From Octopus sinensis (lineage: Eukaryota), in the NCBI RefSeq assembly GCF_006345805.1, contig NC_043005.1, positions 84,196,001-84,260,000 on the forward strand: a stretch of DNA of 64,000 nucleotides, read 5' to 3'. Below are positions 1 to 13,175 of this stretch, piece by piece (the first letter of the stretch is position 1; the number at the start of each line of letters is the position of its first letter). The notes below the pieces were generated by a model that saw nothing but the letters and a program-made list of their open reading frames with translations, ran no database searches and was not told where the DNA came from. A program made the position numbers and the translations under genes.

Positions 1-278
1 GTATCTGAGCTAGGTAGCAATCAGCCCCTTTTGCTATCATTTCCAGGGCACCTATGACAACAGGTATTGTTTTAGTCTTCAGGTTCCACATTCTGCTGAT
101 TTCTATTTCAAGATCTTTATATTTGCTCAGTTTCTGGTAGGTCTTGACAGATACGTTTATATCAATTGGGACAGTCATATCAAGGAGGAGGCATGATGTC
201 TGGCCTATTTGCATCTATCTTTCTGTCACTTTGAATAGTGAAGTTCCAGAGGTGTGAGATGTGATTATTTTCCAGCAC
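1..278 (-). mobile_element. Dong/R4-like non-LTR retrotransposon relic, RLE endonuclease region (truncated by window start)
   Basis: Minus strand reads VLENNHISHLWNFTIQSDRKIDA/RPDI..CLLLDMTVPIDINVSVKTYQKLSKYKDLEIEISRMWNLKTKTIPVVIGALEMIAKGAD (frameshift plus deletion), i.e. the PD..D..K..KY RLE motif of site-specific non-LTR elements. Confidence 0.85.
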
Positions 279-311
279 TTATCATCATCATCATTCTTCT
301 TCTTCTTCTTC

Positions 312-370
<59 letters not shown>

Positions 371-372
371 AT
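279..372. repeat. Compound (ATC)/(TTC)/(ATT)n microsatellite abutting the LINE 5' truncation point
   Basis: Direct reading. Confidence 0.95.
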
Positions 373-489
373 TCTCACAGTATCAATTTTGGTACTTTGG
401 TAGAATTTGAACTCAGAATATAAAGTGGATGCTGCAAAGATTTTGTTCAATATTATAATAATTTTGTCTTTCGAGATATTGATATTTTG

Positions 490-1260
490 TTGATGGGAAT
501 AGAAGGGAACGAGAAGGAGAAGAATAAGAAAGAAGAATATGCGAGAAGAAAGACAAAAGAAGAAAGAAGGAAAGCAAATAAGAAGGAAAAAATGCAAAAA
601 TGAAACAATGTGCAGAGGAATAGAAGACGAGAAAGAAGGAGTAAAGGAAGAAGAAAGGGAAAAGGGAATAAGTAAGGAGACAAGGAAGATGAAGAAGTAG
701 GAAAAAGAAAAAATTAGAAAAGAATGAAGTATATAACTGAATGAAGACATAACTGAATGAAATGAAATTTCATTCAATTATATTTTTTAGGCGAAAAAAA
801 AAGAGAAAAAAGAGAAGGAAGAAGAATATGAAAGGAGAGAAGTTAAAAGGAAAAAGTAAGAAAGGGGATATAGCAATGAAATGAAAAAGAAAAAGAAAAG
901 AAAGAAATAACAAGAGAGAAGGAAGAAGAAAAAGGGAAGAGAAAAGAAAAAAGGAAGAACTGAGGAAATTAGAAAAGAAGAAAAAGAGAAAAATAAGTAA
1001 GAAAGAAAAAGAGAAAGAAGAGAAACTGAGGAAATTAGAAGAAAAGAGTAAGAGAAGAAGGAAAAGAAGAAGAAGCAAGAAGGAGAAGAAGAACTAAAGA
1101 AAGAAAAGGAGAGAATAGAATAAATTAGAAGAAAAATAATTTGGAAATGAAGACTAAGAAGAGAGAATGAACGAGAAACAGAATAAGATGAAGGAAACAA
1201 CCAACAGATGACAAAGAAGAAGGAGAAAAAGGAAAGAAAGAAAGAAAGAAAAAAGGCAAG
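490..1260. repeat. About 770-bp purine-rich (A/G) low-complexity tract
   Basis: Plus strand almost entirely A/G (gaagaa, agaaa, aaggaa units); the F/L/S-rich minus-strand ORFs are by-products. Confidence 0.9.
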
Positions 1261-1630
1261 TGCTTTGTGTTGCTGTGTTTGGTTGAGGAAGAAGAATATG
1301 GAAGTGTTTCGGTGGAGTTTGCTAAATTTTAGGTGTTGCATGAATAGTTAGAGAGTACGTGTAGAGTGATACTAATCCATATTGGTCTCACATGATACGG
1401 TAAATGTACTAATTCTTCACTAGTTGCACCACTTTTCATTGGAAACCTATATTCTGTTGCATGTGTGCAGACATGCATAAATGAGAAAATATAATGACAT
1501 GCTGTTGCACACATACACACACACAGCCAGACTTGTGTGTGTGTGTGAGCATATATATACACACACACACATAAGGTACATGCCTATATATGTGGGTCAT
1601 GAAATATAGGCTGGGAACTGTAAAAGAAAA

Positions 1631-1665
<35 letters not shown>

Positions 1666-2174
1666 AGCATGCTACCAGTGTGCTTTCTGTATGCATAGCT
1701 GCATACAAAGCAGGTGTTTAGATATATAGAGCTCTACTGCAAAGATGCGTACACAGAAATACTCACACAAACACACACCATGTGTTTGTATACATATATA
1801 TATATGGACACACACACACACATATATATATATATGGACATATGCTAGCACTCCCTTAAAGAAACTGTTTATGTATATACATACATGCATATGTATATTA
1901 AATATATATGGACATATGCTAGCACTCCCTTAAAGAAACTGTTATGTATATACATACATGCATATATATAGCTATATATATTTATATATATTATTATATA
2001 TATATATACGCACACATATATAGATACACACGCACAGTTATACAGACATATATACATACATACGTGTGTGTGTATGTATATATATATTTATATATAAATA
2101 CATATACATACATATATATATATACATATATACACACATATATTTATATATACACACAGACATATATATATAAT

Positions 2175-2221
<47 letters not shown>

Positions 2222-2346
2222 ATATATATATATATATATTATATCTATATATATATTACCATTTAACATCTGTTTTCCCTGCCTATCTCTCTCTCCCTCT
2301 TTCTCTCTCTCAGCTCTCTCTTTCTCTCTCTCTCTCTTATATATAT

Positions 2347-2397
<51 letters not shown>

Positions 2398-2577
2398 CAC
2401 ACAAATAAAAGTAGATAGATATAGATAAGCATAAGCATAAATATGTGTATGTATATATCTGTTGTGTATATATGTACGTAAGTATATGTGTGTATATATG
2501 CATGTGTATATGTTTGTGTGTGTGTGTGTGAGTATGCATGTGTATATATACACGTGTGTTTATGTGCATGTGTAAAA

Positions 2578-2900
2578 ACATCATCATCAACATTTAATGT
2601 CCCAATACCAAACTGACAAAGGCTTGGCAGGATTTGACAGGTCCAGGGACCACATCCTGCTCCAATATCAGCTTTGACATGGTTTCTAAAGCTGGTTGTC
2701 CTTCCTAATGCCAACCACCTTACAGATTGTACTGGGTGTTTTTTTTTTTCACATGCCCCTCTCCACCCCAGCACTTGTGGGGTCACCATGCCACTTGCAA
2801 GACTATGCACCTCAAGAGAAGTGGCTTCCTGTCAGAAAATGAGGTGCTGAAGTATGAGAGAGAGGGCCAGAGCAGAACAGGTTTCTTGCAGTAGAGGTGG
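2578..2900 (-). mobile_element. Family D (GAT-tailed retroposon), diverged copy
   Basis: catcatc-atttaatgtcc...cttcctaatgccaaccac motif shared with other D copies. Confidence 0.7.
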
Positions 2901-3016
2901 TCACATAGGTAATCACTCACATTGTAGAAGAGGTAGTGGGAGCAACCAGGGTGGAGTATATATGTAAATATATGTAAAACTATGTTTATACATACACATG
3001 TTACATACATGCATAC

Positions 3017-3093
<77 letters not shown>

Positions 3094-3120
3094 TTATATA
3101 CATACTTTTATACACATGAG

Positions 3121-3249
3121 GAGGAATTTCAACCATGTTTCGTGGTCTGCTACCACAACAGGTCCTTTATAGGATCCAGTTAGCTCAAGACATCATCAGG
3201 AGGAACCATGGCTGGTTTTGGCCCCTACTCCTCTACCGTTTCAACATGG
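3121..3249 (-). repeat. Dispersed about 128-bp repeat (family J), second copy at 58648-58775
   Basis: gtttcgtggtctgctaccacaacag.tcctttataggatccagttagctcaagacatcatcaggaggaacca present at both loci. Confidence 0.85.
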
Positions 3250-3727
3250 TGCCCCTCCCCTTTCGGAGATGTCTTCAGCTCTGGTGTTGAGTGCATGTCT
3301 TCTTTCTCCTTCTCATACATATATATATATATTTATATACACATGTATATATCTATGTAAATACATTTACACAAACATACACATAGTCCAGGACATTCCA
3401 ACACATGCCATGATAGAAACAGCAGATGTAAAAATGATGTATTCTCCATCTATATGGCTGCCACCACTCTACAGAGAGCACTTATTCACCCCGACCTCCA
3501 CACCCCACTACCACCAGAACACATATATACTCACATATATACGCATGCATGCATACATACATACATATATATATAAACATATACATAAATGTGTATATTA
3601 CAGTGCATATATATATGTATGTATATACATATATGTGTGATTATATATATATATATTATATATATATATATATATACATAAATGTGTATATTACGTGCAT
3701 TATATATGTATGTATATACATATATGT

Positions 3728-3768
<41 letters not shown>

Positions 3769-3891
3769 GCATTTGTATGTATATATATGTACAGTATATA
3801 TATATACATATATATATACTTATATGAATACATACATTGGTATTTATATATAGTATATATACCACATACATAGATGTATACACACACACAG

Positions 3892-3946
<55 letters not shown>

Positions 3947-4670
3947 GATATATATATACAGACATGTATGTGTACATAAGTGTATATATACACCCATACA
4001 CACACACACACACGCATTCATACCTATATGTAAAATTGGTCATGGTAAAAACAAAGCTGTAACCAAAGCAACAAAGATCGATGATTCGAAATGCCTTCCG
4101 GAATTTCTATATTACCATTTCCAACAGGACTGGTGGAACCAATTATGAATGCTAATGACAATTGGTGTGTTGGGGTAGCAGAGGGAGAGGGTGAGTTGGT
4201 GGGATCGAAGCAGAGGATTGGAACCGGCCAAGCATCTCTCTCTCTCTGTCTCTCTCTGTCTCTCTCTCGACACTGATGTAATTTAATCATCATCATCACC
4301 ATTGATCACTCTATCTTTACATGGCTCTGTATTGAGGCTAGCGCCACCAAAACCATCACCCCCACCATCCCCATGTCATCTCATCATCACTCTAGAATAT
4401 GTACCTAATCACCTTCCACTTTCATACCCCTCCCCCCATACATACTACTGCAACAACCTCCCTGCCCGACCATGATAAATATCACCTTCACCATTGCCAT
4501 AACCACCACCACCACACCATCATCGCCACCACCATTACCAACATGATCCCCTACCACCATCATTACTACGATTACCAGAACCACAAACACCACCAACATC
4601 ACCGCCACCACCAACACTATAACCATCACCGTCATAATTCCCCACCCCACCATCCACTAATGACCACCCT

Positions 4671-4770
4671 NNNNNNNNNNNNNNNNNNNNNNNNNNNNNN
4701 NNNNNNNNNNNNNNNNNNNNNNNNNNNNNNNNNNNNNNNNNNNNNNNNNNNNNNNNNNNNNNNNNNNNNN
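4671..4770. other. Assembly gap (100 N)
   Basis: Run of exactly 100 N flanked by CAC/CAT low-complexity sequence. Confidence 1.
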
Positions 4771-4892
4771 TGCTTAAGTACAAAATCAGAGTTAAACTCT
4801 AAGTGCTGTCATAAGAATAAATTCTTATGGTGGTTGTGGTGATGATGATGGTGATGATGATTATGACGATGATGATAATAAAACTTGTAATA

Positions 4893-5105
4893 ATGGTTTC
4901 AATTTTTGGCACAAGGCCAGCAATTTTGAGTGGGGAGAGGAAACCAATTCCATCAACTCTAGTACTCAACTGATACTTGTTTTATCGATTCTGAAAGGAT
5001 GAGGACGAACGGCAAAGTTGACTATAGCAGAGTTTGAACTCAGAATGTAAAGAAATGCCACTAAGCAGTTTATCTGATGTGCTAACAATTTTGCCAGCTC
5101 ACCAC
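4893..5105 (-). mobile_element. Family B tRNA-derived SINE (MetaSINE-like domain), diverged
   Basis: Matches the reverse complement of 47281-47507 (aactgatacttgttttatcg...aaaggatga...gtttgaactcagaatgt). Confidence 0.7.
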
Positions 5106-5109
5106 CTTC

Positions 5110-5146
<37 letters not shown>

Positions 5147-5193
5147 TACGGAAGAAAATTTGAAGAAAGAAGGAAAAAAAAAAAATAATAATA

Positions 5194-5590
5194 ATGATAT
5201 TAATTGTCTTAATTGAGAAAGAAACCAAACTATGCTGGATCATAGATATAGCATGCCCAGCTGACAACAAGGTATGCAATAAGGAAGACAGAAAAGTTGA
5301 TAGATATGACAGGTTAGCTTGGGAAGTTAAGCAGTTGTGGTTGATGAAAAAGGTAGCAGTAGTACCAATACTTGTTGGAGCCCTGGGAACAGTGAGCAAA
5401 AATCTCAAGAAGTACATGGAACAAATAGGGTATGCAATAAAAGTGGAGCACTTGCAGAAAACAGCACTGCTTGGAACCGCTCGAATACTCCAGATGGTGC
5501 TCGAAAAATAAGAGGTGTTACCTTAGTTCACTGGTAGTGAACAGCTGACCCTCTAGTATATCTCCAGTGTTAGAAGCTGTGCAAAGGCAA
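5194..5590 (+). mobile_element. 5'-truncated Dong/R4-like non-LTR retrotransposon (RLE C-terminus plus 3' UTR) within (AAT)n
   Basis: ORF 5194-5511 ..LIEKETKLCWIIDIACPADNKVCNKEDRKVDRYDRLAWEVKQLW..VVPILVGALG..LQKTALLGTARILQMVLEK*; about 80-bp UTR, then (AAT)n; (AAT)n also upstream. Confidence 0.9.
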
Positions 5591-7488
5591 TAATAATAAT
5601 AGTAATAATAATAATAATGATAATAATAGCAGCAACAATAATTGTCTTGGAATATAGACATAAAGTCTGAAAAGTTAGCGGAAAGGAAAATGGCTGGGAT
5701 TCAAAGTGATGTCTTTGACAATGTTGTTAGTTCATTAATGCATTTAAATAACTACAAACCCAATTCTACCGGGACTTGAACTCAAAGCATACAAAGTTGA
5801 AATAAGATAAAGTGATGCGTTTGGTGCAACATTCTCCTGCCAGCCCTACACCCCTCACCCCCACCCCGTGTCCTTGTCTTCTTCCTATAGTAATATCAAT
5901 AAAGTTCCGTCTGGTTTAGTTAATCACTGAGGCATTTCCTAGATTGCACTTGTTGACTAACGAGCTGTTTTGTTAGTGTTATGGCGGTTTTAATTACTCC
6001 TGTGTGAATATGGCCCAAATTGTAATGAGTCTAAATGAATGTGTGTGTATACATATGTGTGTGTGTGTGTGCAGATAATATCTTTCTCTCTCTCAACATA
6101 TATATATATATATATATATTAACAAACCAAGGAAAATAATTCCTTCAAAGGTGTGTGTGAAACATCCAATTCACTGGTACTTCAGTTGAATACCGTATAA
6201 ATAAGGGTATGATGCAAATTATAAAGATAAAATTGTCAATTGTATCTCTCTATTTAATTATATATATGTATGTATGTGTGTGTGTTTTTATGTATACATG
6301 TATATATTTATATATATATACATATAAAATATATATGTATATATATGCATGTGCATTTCTGTGTTTGTTTTTATGTATGTATGTATGTATGCATGTATAT
6401 ACACACACACACACATACTTGTGTAAATGTCATCTAATATCCTTCTCATCATCATCATCATTTATACATCCACTTTTCCATGCTGGCATGGGTTAGACAG
6501 TCTTACCTCCTGGAGCAGGGCCTCATGGTTGGGTGCCCATCACCAGCTGACATGACGCCCATGGAGGACATGCAATCATTCTAAAATCAGGGTCCCCTCA
6601 AGGCAGAAATGTCTTCAAATTGTCTGCCAAAGAAGTCAACTTTGGAATAACGAAGTTGGCAGGACGATTCTAATATATTTATGCAAAGTAGGCAGGGGCA
6701 TGGCTGTGTGGTTAAGAAGCTTGTTTCCCCAACCATGTGGTCTTGGGTTCAGTCCCACTGTGCTCCACCTTGGAAAAGTGTCTTTTACAACAACCCTGGG
6801 TTGATTAATGACTTGCAAACCAATTTGGAAAATGGAAACTGTGTGGAAGCCAGCCATATGTGTATGTGTGTGTGTATGAAAGGGTGTGGCCTAATAGTTC
6901 AGGTGTTGCACTCATGACTGCCAAAATCGTGGGTTCAATTCCTGGACCGAGGAGGATGTTGTGTTCCAGAGCAAAACACTTCATTTCACATTTCTCCAGA
7001 GGTTTGGTATGGACCCTATCAGTAAAATAAATACGAGGTTAAGGAAAGACTGGATCAACAAGATTCAATAAAGCCATGTTCTTGCAGTGACACTGTTCAA
7101 TGACTGAAACTGCTCGAAGAATATCTACACACATACACAAACAAACAACCACACACACACACACACACAGATAGATATATATTCAAATATGTACATACAC
7201 CGCAAATTGGTGGGTGTTAGGAAGGGTATCCAGGTTTAGAAACCATGCCCAAGCTGTCAATGGAGCTTGACACAGCCTTGCAGTTCACCGGATGCTCCCA
7301 AACTATCCTGTCCATGCCAGCACCGGAAACATGGTGACTGGTGTTGATGATGAAGATATGCACATGCACACACACACATGCACGCAAGTGTATGCACACA
7401 AACACACACACACACACACACACACAAACATCATCATCAGCTTTTAATGTCCATTTTCCAACCTGGCATATATATATATATATATATA

Positions 7489-7704
7489 TTCTTTTAGTCT
7501 TTTACTTGTTTTAGTCATTTGACTGTGGCTATGCTGGAGCACAGCCTTTAGTCATACAAATTGACCTCAAGACTTATTCTTTGTAAGCCTAGCAGTTACT
7601 CTATTGGCCTTTTACGCCAAACTGCTAAGTTACAGGGATGTAAACACACCAGCATTGGTTGTCAAGTGATGTTGAGGGGACAAACACAGACACACAAACA
7701 TATA

Positions 7705-7707
<3 letters not shown>
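7489..7707 (-). mobile_element. Family A SINE, 3' half only
   Basis: cttttacttgttttagtcatttgactgtggctatgctggagcac...gggacaaacacagacacacaaac. Confidence 0.85.
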
Positions 7708-7756
<49 letters not shown>

Positions 7757-7762
<6 letters not shown>

Positions 7763-7920
7763 AGAATTTACAAAAGAAACAAAGATGAAGACAGGTGGAT
7801 TAGAGAACAAACAGAGGTATTAGTTTAACGCTTGGGAAGTGAAAAAGTTTTTAACATTTCGAGCCTATGCTCTTCCACAGGAAGGAATACAGAAAGAAAC
7901 AAAGAGAGAAAATAATAAAT
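7757..7920 (-). mobile_element. Family H repeat (Penelope pLTR-like) with degenerate HHR
   Basis: Homologous to 16351-16470, 17012-17130 and 23322-23490; minus strand CUGUGGA-A-GAGC-AUAG-GCUC-GAAAU-GUU. Confidence 0.6.
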
Positions 7921-8004
7921 AAATATATATATGCATACATATACATATATATATATGTATAATATATATATATATGTATATATATATATTATATATATGT
8001 ATGG

Positions 8005-8061
<57 letters not shown>

Positions 8062-8743
8062 TATATGTAATATATAATATATATATATGTATGTCTATAT
8101 ATATATATATAATATATATATATATATATACCATATATACATACATATGTATACATATATATACCTATACACATACAATATATTCACATATACATACATT
8201 TCATACACACAACACCACACAACAACACACACACACACACACACTTATATGTATACATACATGCACCTATGTATGTACTTATATGTACCTATACCTGAAA
8301 ATACACAGGCACACACACACATTACAATGTCACAGACTCTCTCTACCATTAAGTTATCCAAGAATATGAAGTAATAACAGAAACCTTTTGAGCAATATGT
8401 ATTCTACGAGAGATAGTCTTCCTTTTTCCCTTAATAGATTAAAACATGAAAAAGAAAAAGAAAGCTACCATTTTTATCAGGTTTTCCAGAATTTGTTAGT
8501 TGTTCCTTAGAAAATTCTTACTGTAAAACCACTTCAGGCATAAACATACATTGTTTCATATGATTAGGAAGAGAAAGAGGAAAGAAATTTGTCCCTCACC
8601 CTGCTGCACACTCCACCACTACCTTCTAGAACATTCCATATTTATTTCGCTATATATAGAAGCGTCATTGCTTTAAAATGGATGCCAAATATCTTTAAAT
8701 GGAATTATATATCTATACCTATATATCTCTCTCTGTCTCTCTG

Positions 8744-8809
<66 letters not shown>

Positions 8810-8829
8810 TATATATAATATATATATGG

Positions 8830-8860
<31 letters not shown>

Positions 8861-9231
8861 TATATAAATGTATACACCTATGGGTATGTATGTATTTATG
8901 TTGATTTCATTTCCATGGTGACAGAATTAAACTGGATTCCAGGTCAAAATTTGAACAGCTTTTAAAGTGTTTAAATGAGATTTCCAGAATATCTTTTCTC
9001 ACGGTTAATATTGATGTTGCTATAAGCTTTCTTGGGATAATAAGTGAAGCAATATAACAGAGAATTGTAAATCTGCGAACCGGCAAAGATCGAAGCACTT
9101 CGCTTGCTGTCAATCAACTTTACTCATCCTCAACAACCAATCATACATTTTCAGGGAAATGAGGATATTTTTGCAAAGAGGAAAATAATGCACGAAGCAT
9201 TCTTTGTAATTAACAATAAATTTCCTAAGGT

Positions 9232-9387
9232 ATAGGTGCAGGAGTGGCTGTGCAGTAAGAAGTTTGCTTCCCAACCATGGGTTCAGTCCCACTGTGTGGC
9301 ACCTTGGGCAAGTATCTTCTACTATAGCGTTGGACTGACCAAAGCCTTGTGAGTGGATTTGGTAGATGGAAACTGAAAGAAGCCCAT
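9232..9387 (+). mobile_element. Family A SINE, tRNA-like 5' half only
   Basis: caggagtggctgtgcagtaagaag..ggttcagtcccactgtgtggcaccttgggcaagt..gaaactgaaagaagccc. Confidence 0.85.
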
Positions 9388-9413
9388 TTTGTGTATGTAT
9401 GTATGTATGTATG

Positions 9414-9456
<43 letters not shown>

Positions 9457-9480
9457 AAGAAGCAACAAGAATGGATTAGT

Positions 9481-9571
9481 TTTTAGTACAATTGTTTCAT
9501 ACAAAGACAGGCTTTATTACAAGTTGCAAAAATTGCAGCAGATAAAAGTGTCCCGTACTCATCAGCTAAAA
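9481..9571 (-). ncRNA. Type-I hammerhead ribozyme motif with complete core
   Basis: Minus strand UUUUAG-CUGAUGA-GUACGGGACA...UGUCUUUGUAU-GAAA-CAAUU-GUA-CUAAAA: 6-bp stem I, extended stem II, palindromic stem III ACAAUUGU, GUA triplet. Confidence 0.8.
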
Positions 9572-9648
9572 TACATATGAGTTCTCTAGACATCTTAGTG
9601 GGTGAGGTTATACTCATGAAATATTGGAGATAATTCCATTAGAGGCAG

Positions 9649-9695
<47 letters not shown>

Positions 9696-9716
9696 ATATA
9701 TTTATGCGTGTATATA

Positions 9717-10096
9717 TACTAGCAGTATTGCCCAGCGTTGCTCGGGTAGGTTTCAACCCTTTAGAATTGGAAGTTTTGAAAAGTAAAAATTTTGCATTAT
9801 GTAGCTTGTTATTCTCTTTAAGTGAACATTTTTCTGGTTGAAATACATCGAAAAATGGTGACACAGCAGTCAAAAAATCGTAAGAAATAGGGATTCTCAT
9901 AGAAAAAAAGCACCTTTTTGATGTAAATAATTTTTGGTCTTAACATGGTCCGATTTGAATTTTATCTTCTATGGAATGAAGAGCAAGCCTTCATCTATCA
10001 TACTCTCAATTTTGGTCAACTTGTGCCGCAGGGTCTCGGAGGAGATAGTGTTAGTTGAAGACTACCAAACCTGCCATACACAGACAACTTCAGCTT

Positions 10097-10100
<4 letters not shown>
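9717..10100 (+). mobile_element. Non-autonomous Helitron-like element (Lep1/HINE-type termini)
   Basis: 5' end tactagcagtattgcccagcgttgctcggg and 3' end cacagacaacttcagctttatatata, in a TA tract; termini style recalled from Lep1-like Helitrons. Confidence 0.55.
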
Positions 10101-10129
<29 letters not shown>

Positions 10130-10140
10130 TATATCTGAGT

Positions 10141-10546
10141 GCGATCGTTGCCAGGACCATGGATTGGCTCCCATGCTGGTGGCATGTAAAAAATCATCAT
10201 TCGAGCATGATCATTGCCAGCGTCGCTTTACCAACACATGTTCAAGTGGCCCGTAAATAACAACATTCGAGCGTGGTCGTTGCCAGTGCCGCCGAACTGG
10301 CTCCCTTGCAGGGAGCATGTGAAAAGCACCTTTTGAGTGTGGTCATTGCCAGAACTGCCTGACTGACTTTCGTGCTGGTGGCACGTAAAAGCACACACTA
10401 CACTCTCGGAGTGGTTGGTGTTAGGAAGGGCATCCAGCTGTAGAAACTCTGCCAGATCAGATTGAGCCTTCTGGCTCACTAGTCCTCAGCCAAACTGTCC
10501 AACACATGCCAGCATGGAAACCGGACATTAAATGACGACAATGATG
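10141..10546 (+). mobile_element. Family D retroposon with about 4 internal 60-bp subrepeats
   Basis: Repeated ggtggcacgtaaaa-gcac units, then gtggttggtgttaggaagggcatccagctgtagaaac...ggacattaaatgacgacaatgatg tail. Confidence 0.85.
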
Positions 10547-10664
10547 ATATATATATATATAGCTAAAACTTAGTTGGAAGAGGATGCATGGCATTCAATT
10601 CTATAATAATATAAATAATATATATATGTATATATGCATATATCTATATATATGTACATACATC

Positions 10665-10721
<57 letters not shown>

Positions 10722-10974
10722 ACATATATATATATATATATATATGCAGATGTGGGCACAGGATGTCACGAAACATGCACAACAAAAAAATAGTATGAGT
10801 ACATGGAATATGAACGATTTTTTTGAACAACGAAAGACACAAACGGAAAACACAAACAAACAACACAAAGAACGACCCTTCATCAGTTGTTGGCTGTTTT
10901 TCTACTCTCTTATATTTTGAGTATATAACAACATATATATATATACATTCATTTGTGTGTGTGCATGTGTGTGT

Positions 10975-11228
10975 TTGTCTCCCCCACATCACCTGGATGA
11001 ATGCGCATCCCGGCTCAGCGGTTGCGTAGGAAGTCGGGAACAAGAAAGAGTTAGAGAAAGTTGGGGCGAAAGAGTACAACAGGGGTCGCCACCACCCACT
11101 GCTGGAGCCTCGTGGAGCTTTAGGTGTTTTCGCTCAATAAACACACACAACGCCCGGTCTGGGAATCGAAACCACAATCCTCTGACCGCGAGTCTGCTGC
11201 CCTAACCATTGGGCCATTGCACCTCCAC
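10975..11228 (-). mobile_element. Family C tRNA-derived SINE (head plus middle)
   Basis: Minus strand ggaggtgcaatggcccaatggttagggcagcagactcgcgg..gtttcgattccc (A and B boxes); homologous to 20816-21205. Confidence 0.85.
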
Positions 11229-12213
11229 TTGGTATTGGTGTGTTTATTTCCCTGTAACTTTGTGTTTGACAAAAGAGACCAATAGAGTAAGTACCAAGCT
11301 TTAAAAATAATAAAAAGGAAAGAAAAGTACTGGGGTAAATTCAGTTGACTAAAATTCTTCAAGATGGTGCCCCAGCATGGCCACAGTCTCGTGACTGAAA
11401 CCAGTAAAAGAATAAAAGAACAAATAAGGATATTATTGTAAACAGAAAATAGGGCATGAAACTTTCTTTATAATTACCAATAAATTTTGTAAGAAATAAG
11501 GATATTCTTGTGAAGAGCAAATAATTCATGAAGCTTCCATTGCAAAGCAATATATTGCTTTCTTGAAATAACCCTTCCCAGAATGCATTTGAAAATAGCA
11601 ATGGCTTCTGCAAATGTTTTGAGCGTTTACCTGCAGTCATTGCTGTAAGCTGTCATAAAGGTGTAATTATGGAAGAAAGATGTGAAGAAACAATCTGCAT
11701 AGTTCCAAGTATGGTAATATCGTCTTGGGAAGGAAATATTTATAGCCAGACTATTAGCGATATAAATAATAGAATGTCGCTCATGATTGACGAGTGGATA
11801 AATAGATGTTAGTAAGAGAAAAATCTATGGGAATGTTTAACTTGTAATATAGTCTGTGGGTGCAGTTGGGTAGTGAAGCGTGCATCTTTATGCATCCAAA
11901 TGCACATTTGCTGTCGCTTCATTGCAATAGACAATTCTCTGTTCTGTTCTACAGAATCTATGAATCTGGTTCTTGTCACAATTCTTCGTAAACTGAAAGC
12001 AAATTTTAGAAAGAGAAATGGTGATAGAAGAGTTGTAGGTAGATAGGTAGATATGTGTGTTGGTAGGAAGCTTTATAAGAAGTACATGGGTAGTGTAGAT
12101 ATGCAGGTAACCAGGTAAATATATATATATACTCATCATATACATATATACATATGCATATACACATAAGTGCATGTATATGAATGAATATGTATATATA
12201 CAATTCATGGCAA

Positions 12214-12255
<42 letters not shown>

Positions 12256-12589
12256 GTATATCAAAGCAATTAACAAACTGTGCTACTTTGCTTCACTTTT
12301 TATCCTGAGAAAGCTTATAAGAACATCAATATTAATTGTGAGAAAAGATATTCAGAAAATCTTGTTTAAGCACTTAAAAAGCTGATCAAATTTTGACCTG
12401 GAATCTAGGTTGCAATTGATTCTCTTCTCTTGGAAATGGAACAGACATACATCTGTGTGTGTGTGTGTGTGTGTATATATATTAATAATAATAATATGAC
12501 AACAAAAGAATGAATGAGACTTTGATATTATGTACTTAGAGGAATTTATCTATAAATATAATATGTGACAATTAGTTGGTTGCCATAAT

Positions 12590-12646
12590 AAAACTCAGAG
12601 TTTCGGATACCAGGGCTGAAGTCTGTTCCTGCATCTCATCAGTTTT
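12590..12646 (-). ncRNA. Degenerate HHR-like motif
   Basis: Minus strand CUGAUGA-GAUGCAGG...CCUGGUAUCC-GAAAC-UCUGA-GUU; stem III resembles the 34.5-kb HHR, stem I weak. Confidence 0.35.
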
Positions 12647-13175
12647 TCAGACAAACAAAAATGCTATGAAAATGTCAGTTAAATAAAGGGAAATTGCTAT
12701 GAAGATGACCGTTATTAAGACAACAAAAGAGCTATGAGAGTGACTGTTATATAATAGATAAAAAATACACATTAAGTACAGGATATCACAAACAAATGAA
12801 AAATACATAAACACATAATGAGAGATAAGTATGGGCCAAAATACCAAAAGAAGTCTAATCCCTTCTCAGTTGTCGACTGTTTTACTACTCCCTATTTTGT
12901 GCATGAGTGAATGGACAAATGAAGGAAAGAAGCACTCACTACATTTAATAGGAGTTACATATACTATTATTGAATGATTCAGCCCAAAATTTGTTGTTAC
13001 TGACAGAATATTACATTATTTACATTTGATGGCTATTTGTCCTCATCTTGTTTGTTGTTAACACAATGTTTCGGCTGATATACCCTCCAGCCTTCATTTC
13101 TTGGGGAAATTTCGAACCAGGGTTCTCATTCCTAAGGTATTTTTTGACCTGAATAATAATAATAATAATAATAAT

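Noticed and set aside
6506-6581. Possible 74-nt minus-strand exon ending AG|GTAAGA
   Set aside because: The donor is good but the acceptor is weak, the peptide is unrecognisable and two frames carry stops; not supportable.
10141-10400. CRISPR-like periodic ggtggcacgtaaaa units
   Set aside because: Eukaryotic context; these are internal subrepeats of family D with homologous, non-unique spacers and no cas genes.
10790-10925. Repeat with CUGAUGAAGG on the minus strand (related copy about 12830-12900)
   Set aside because: No downstream GAAA or stems are visible; at most a truncated pLTR fragment.
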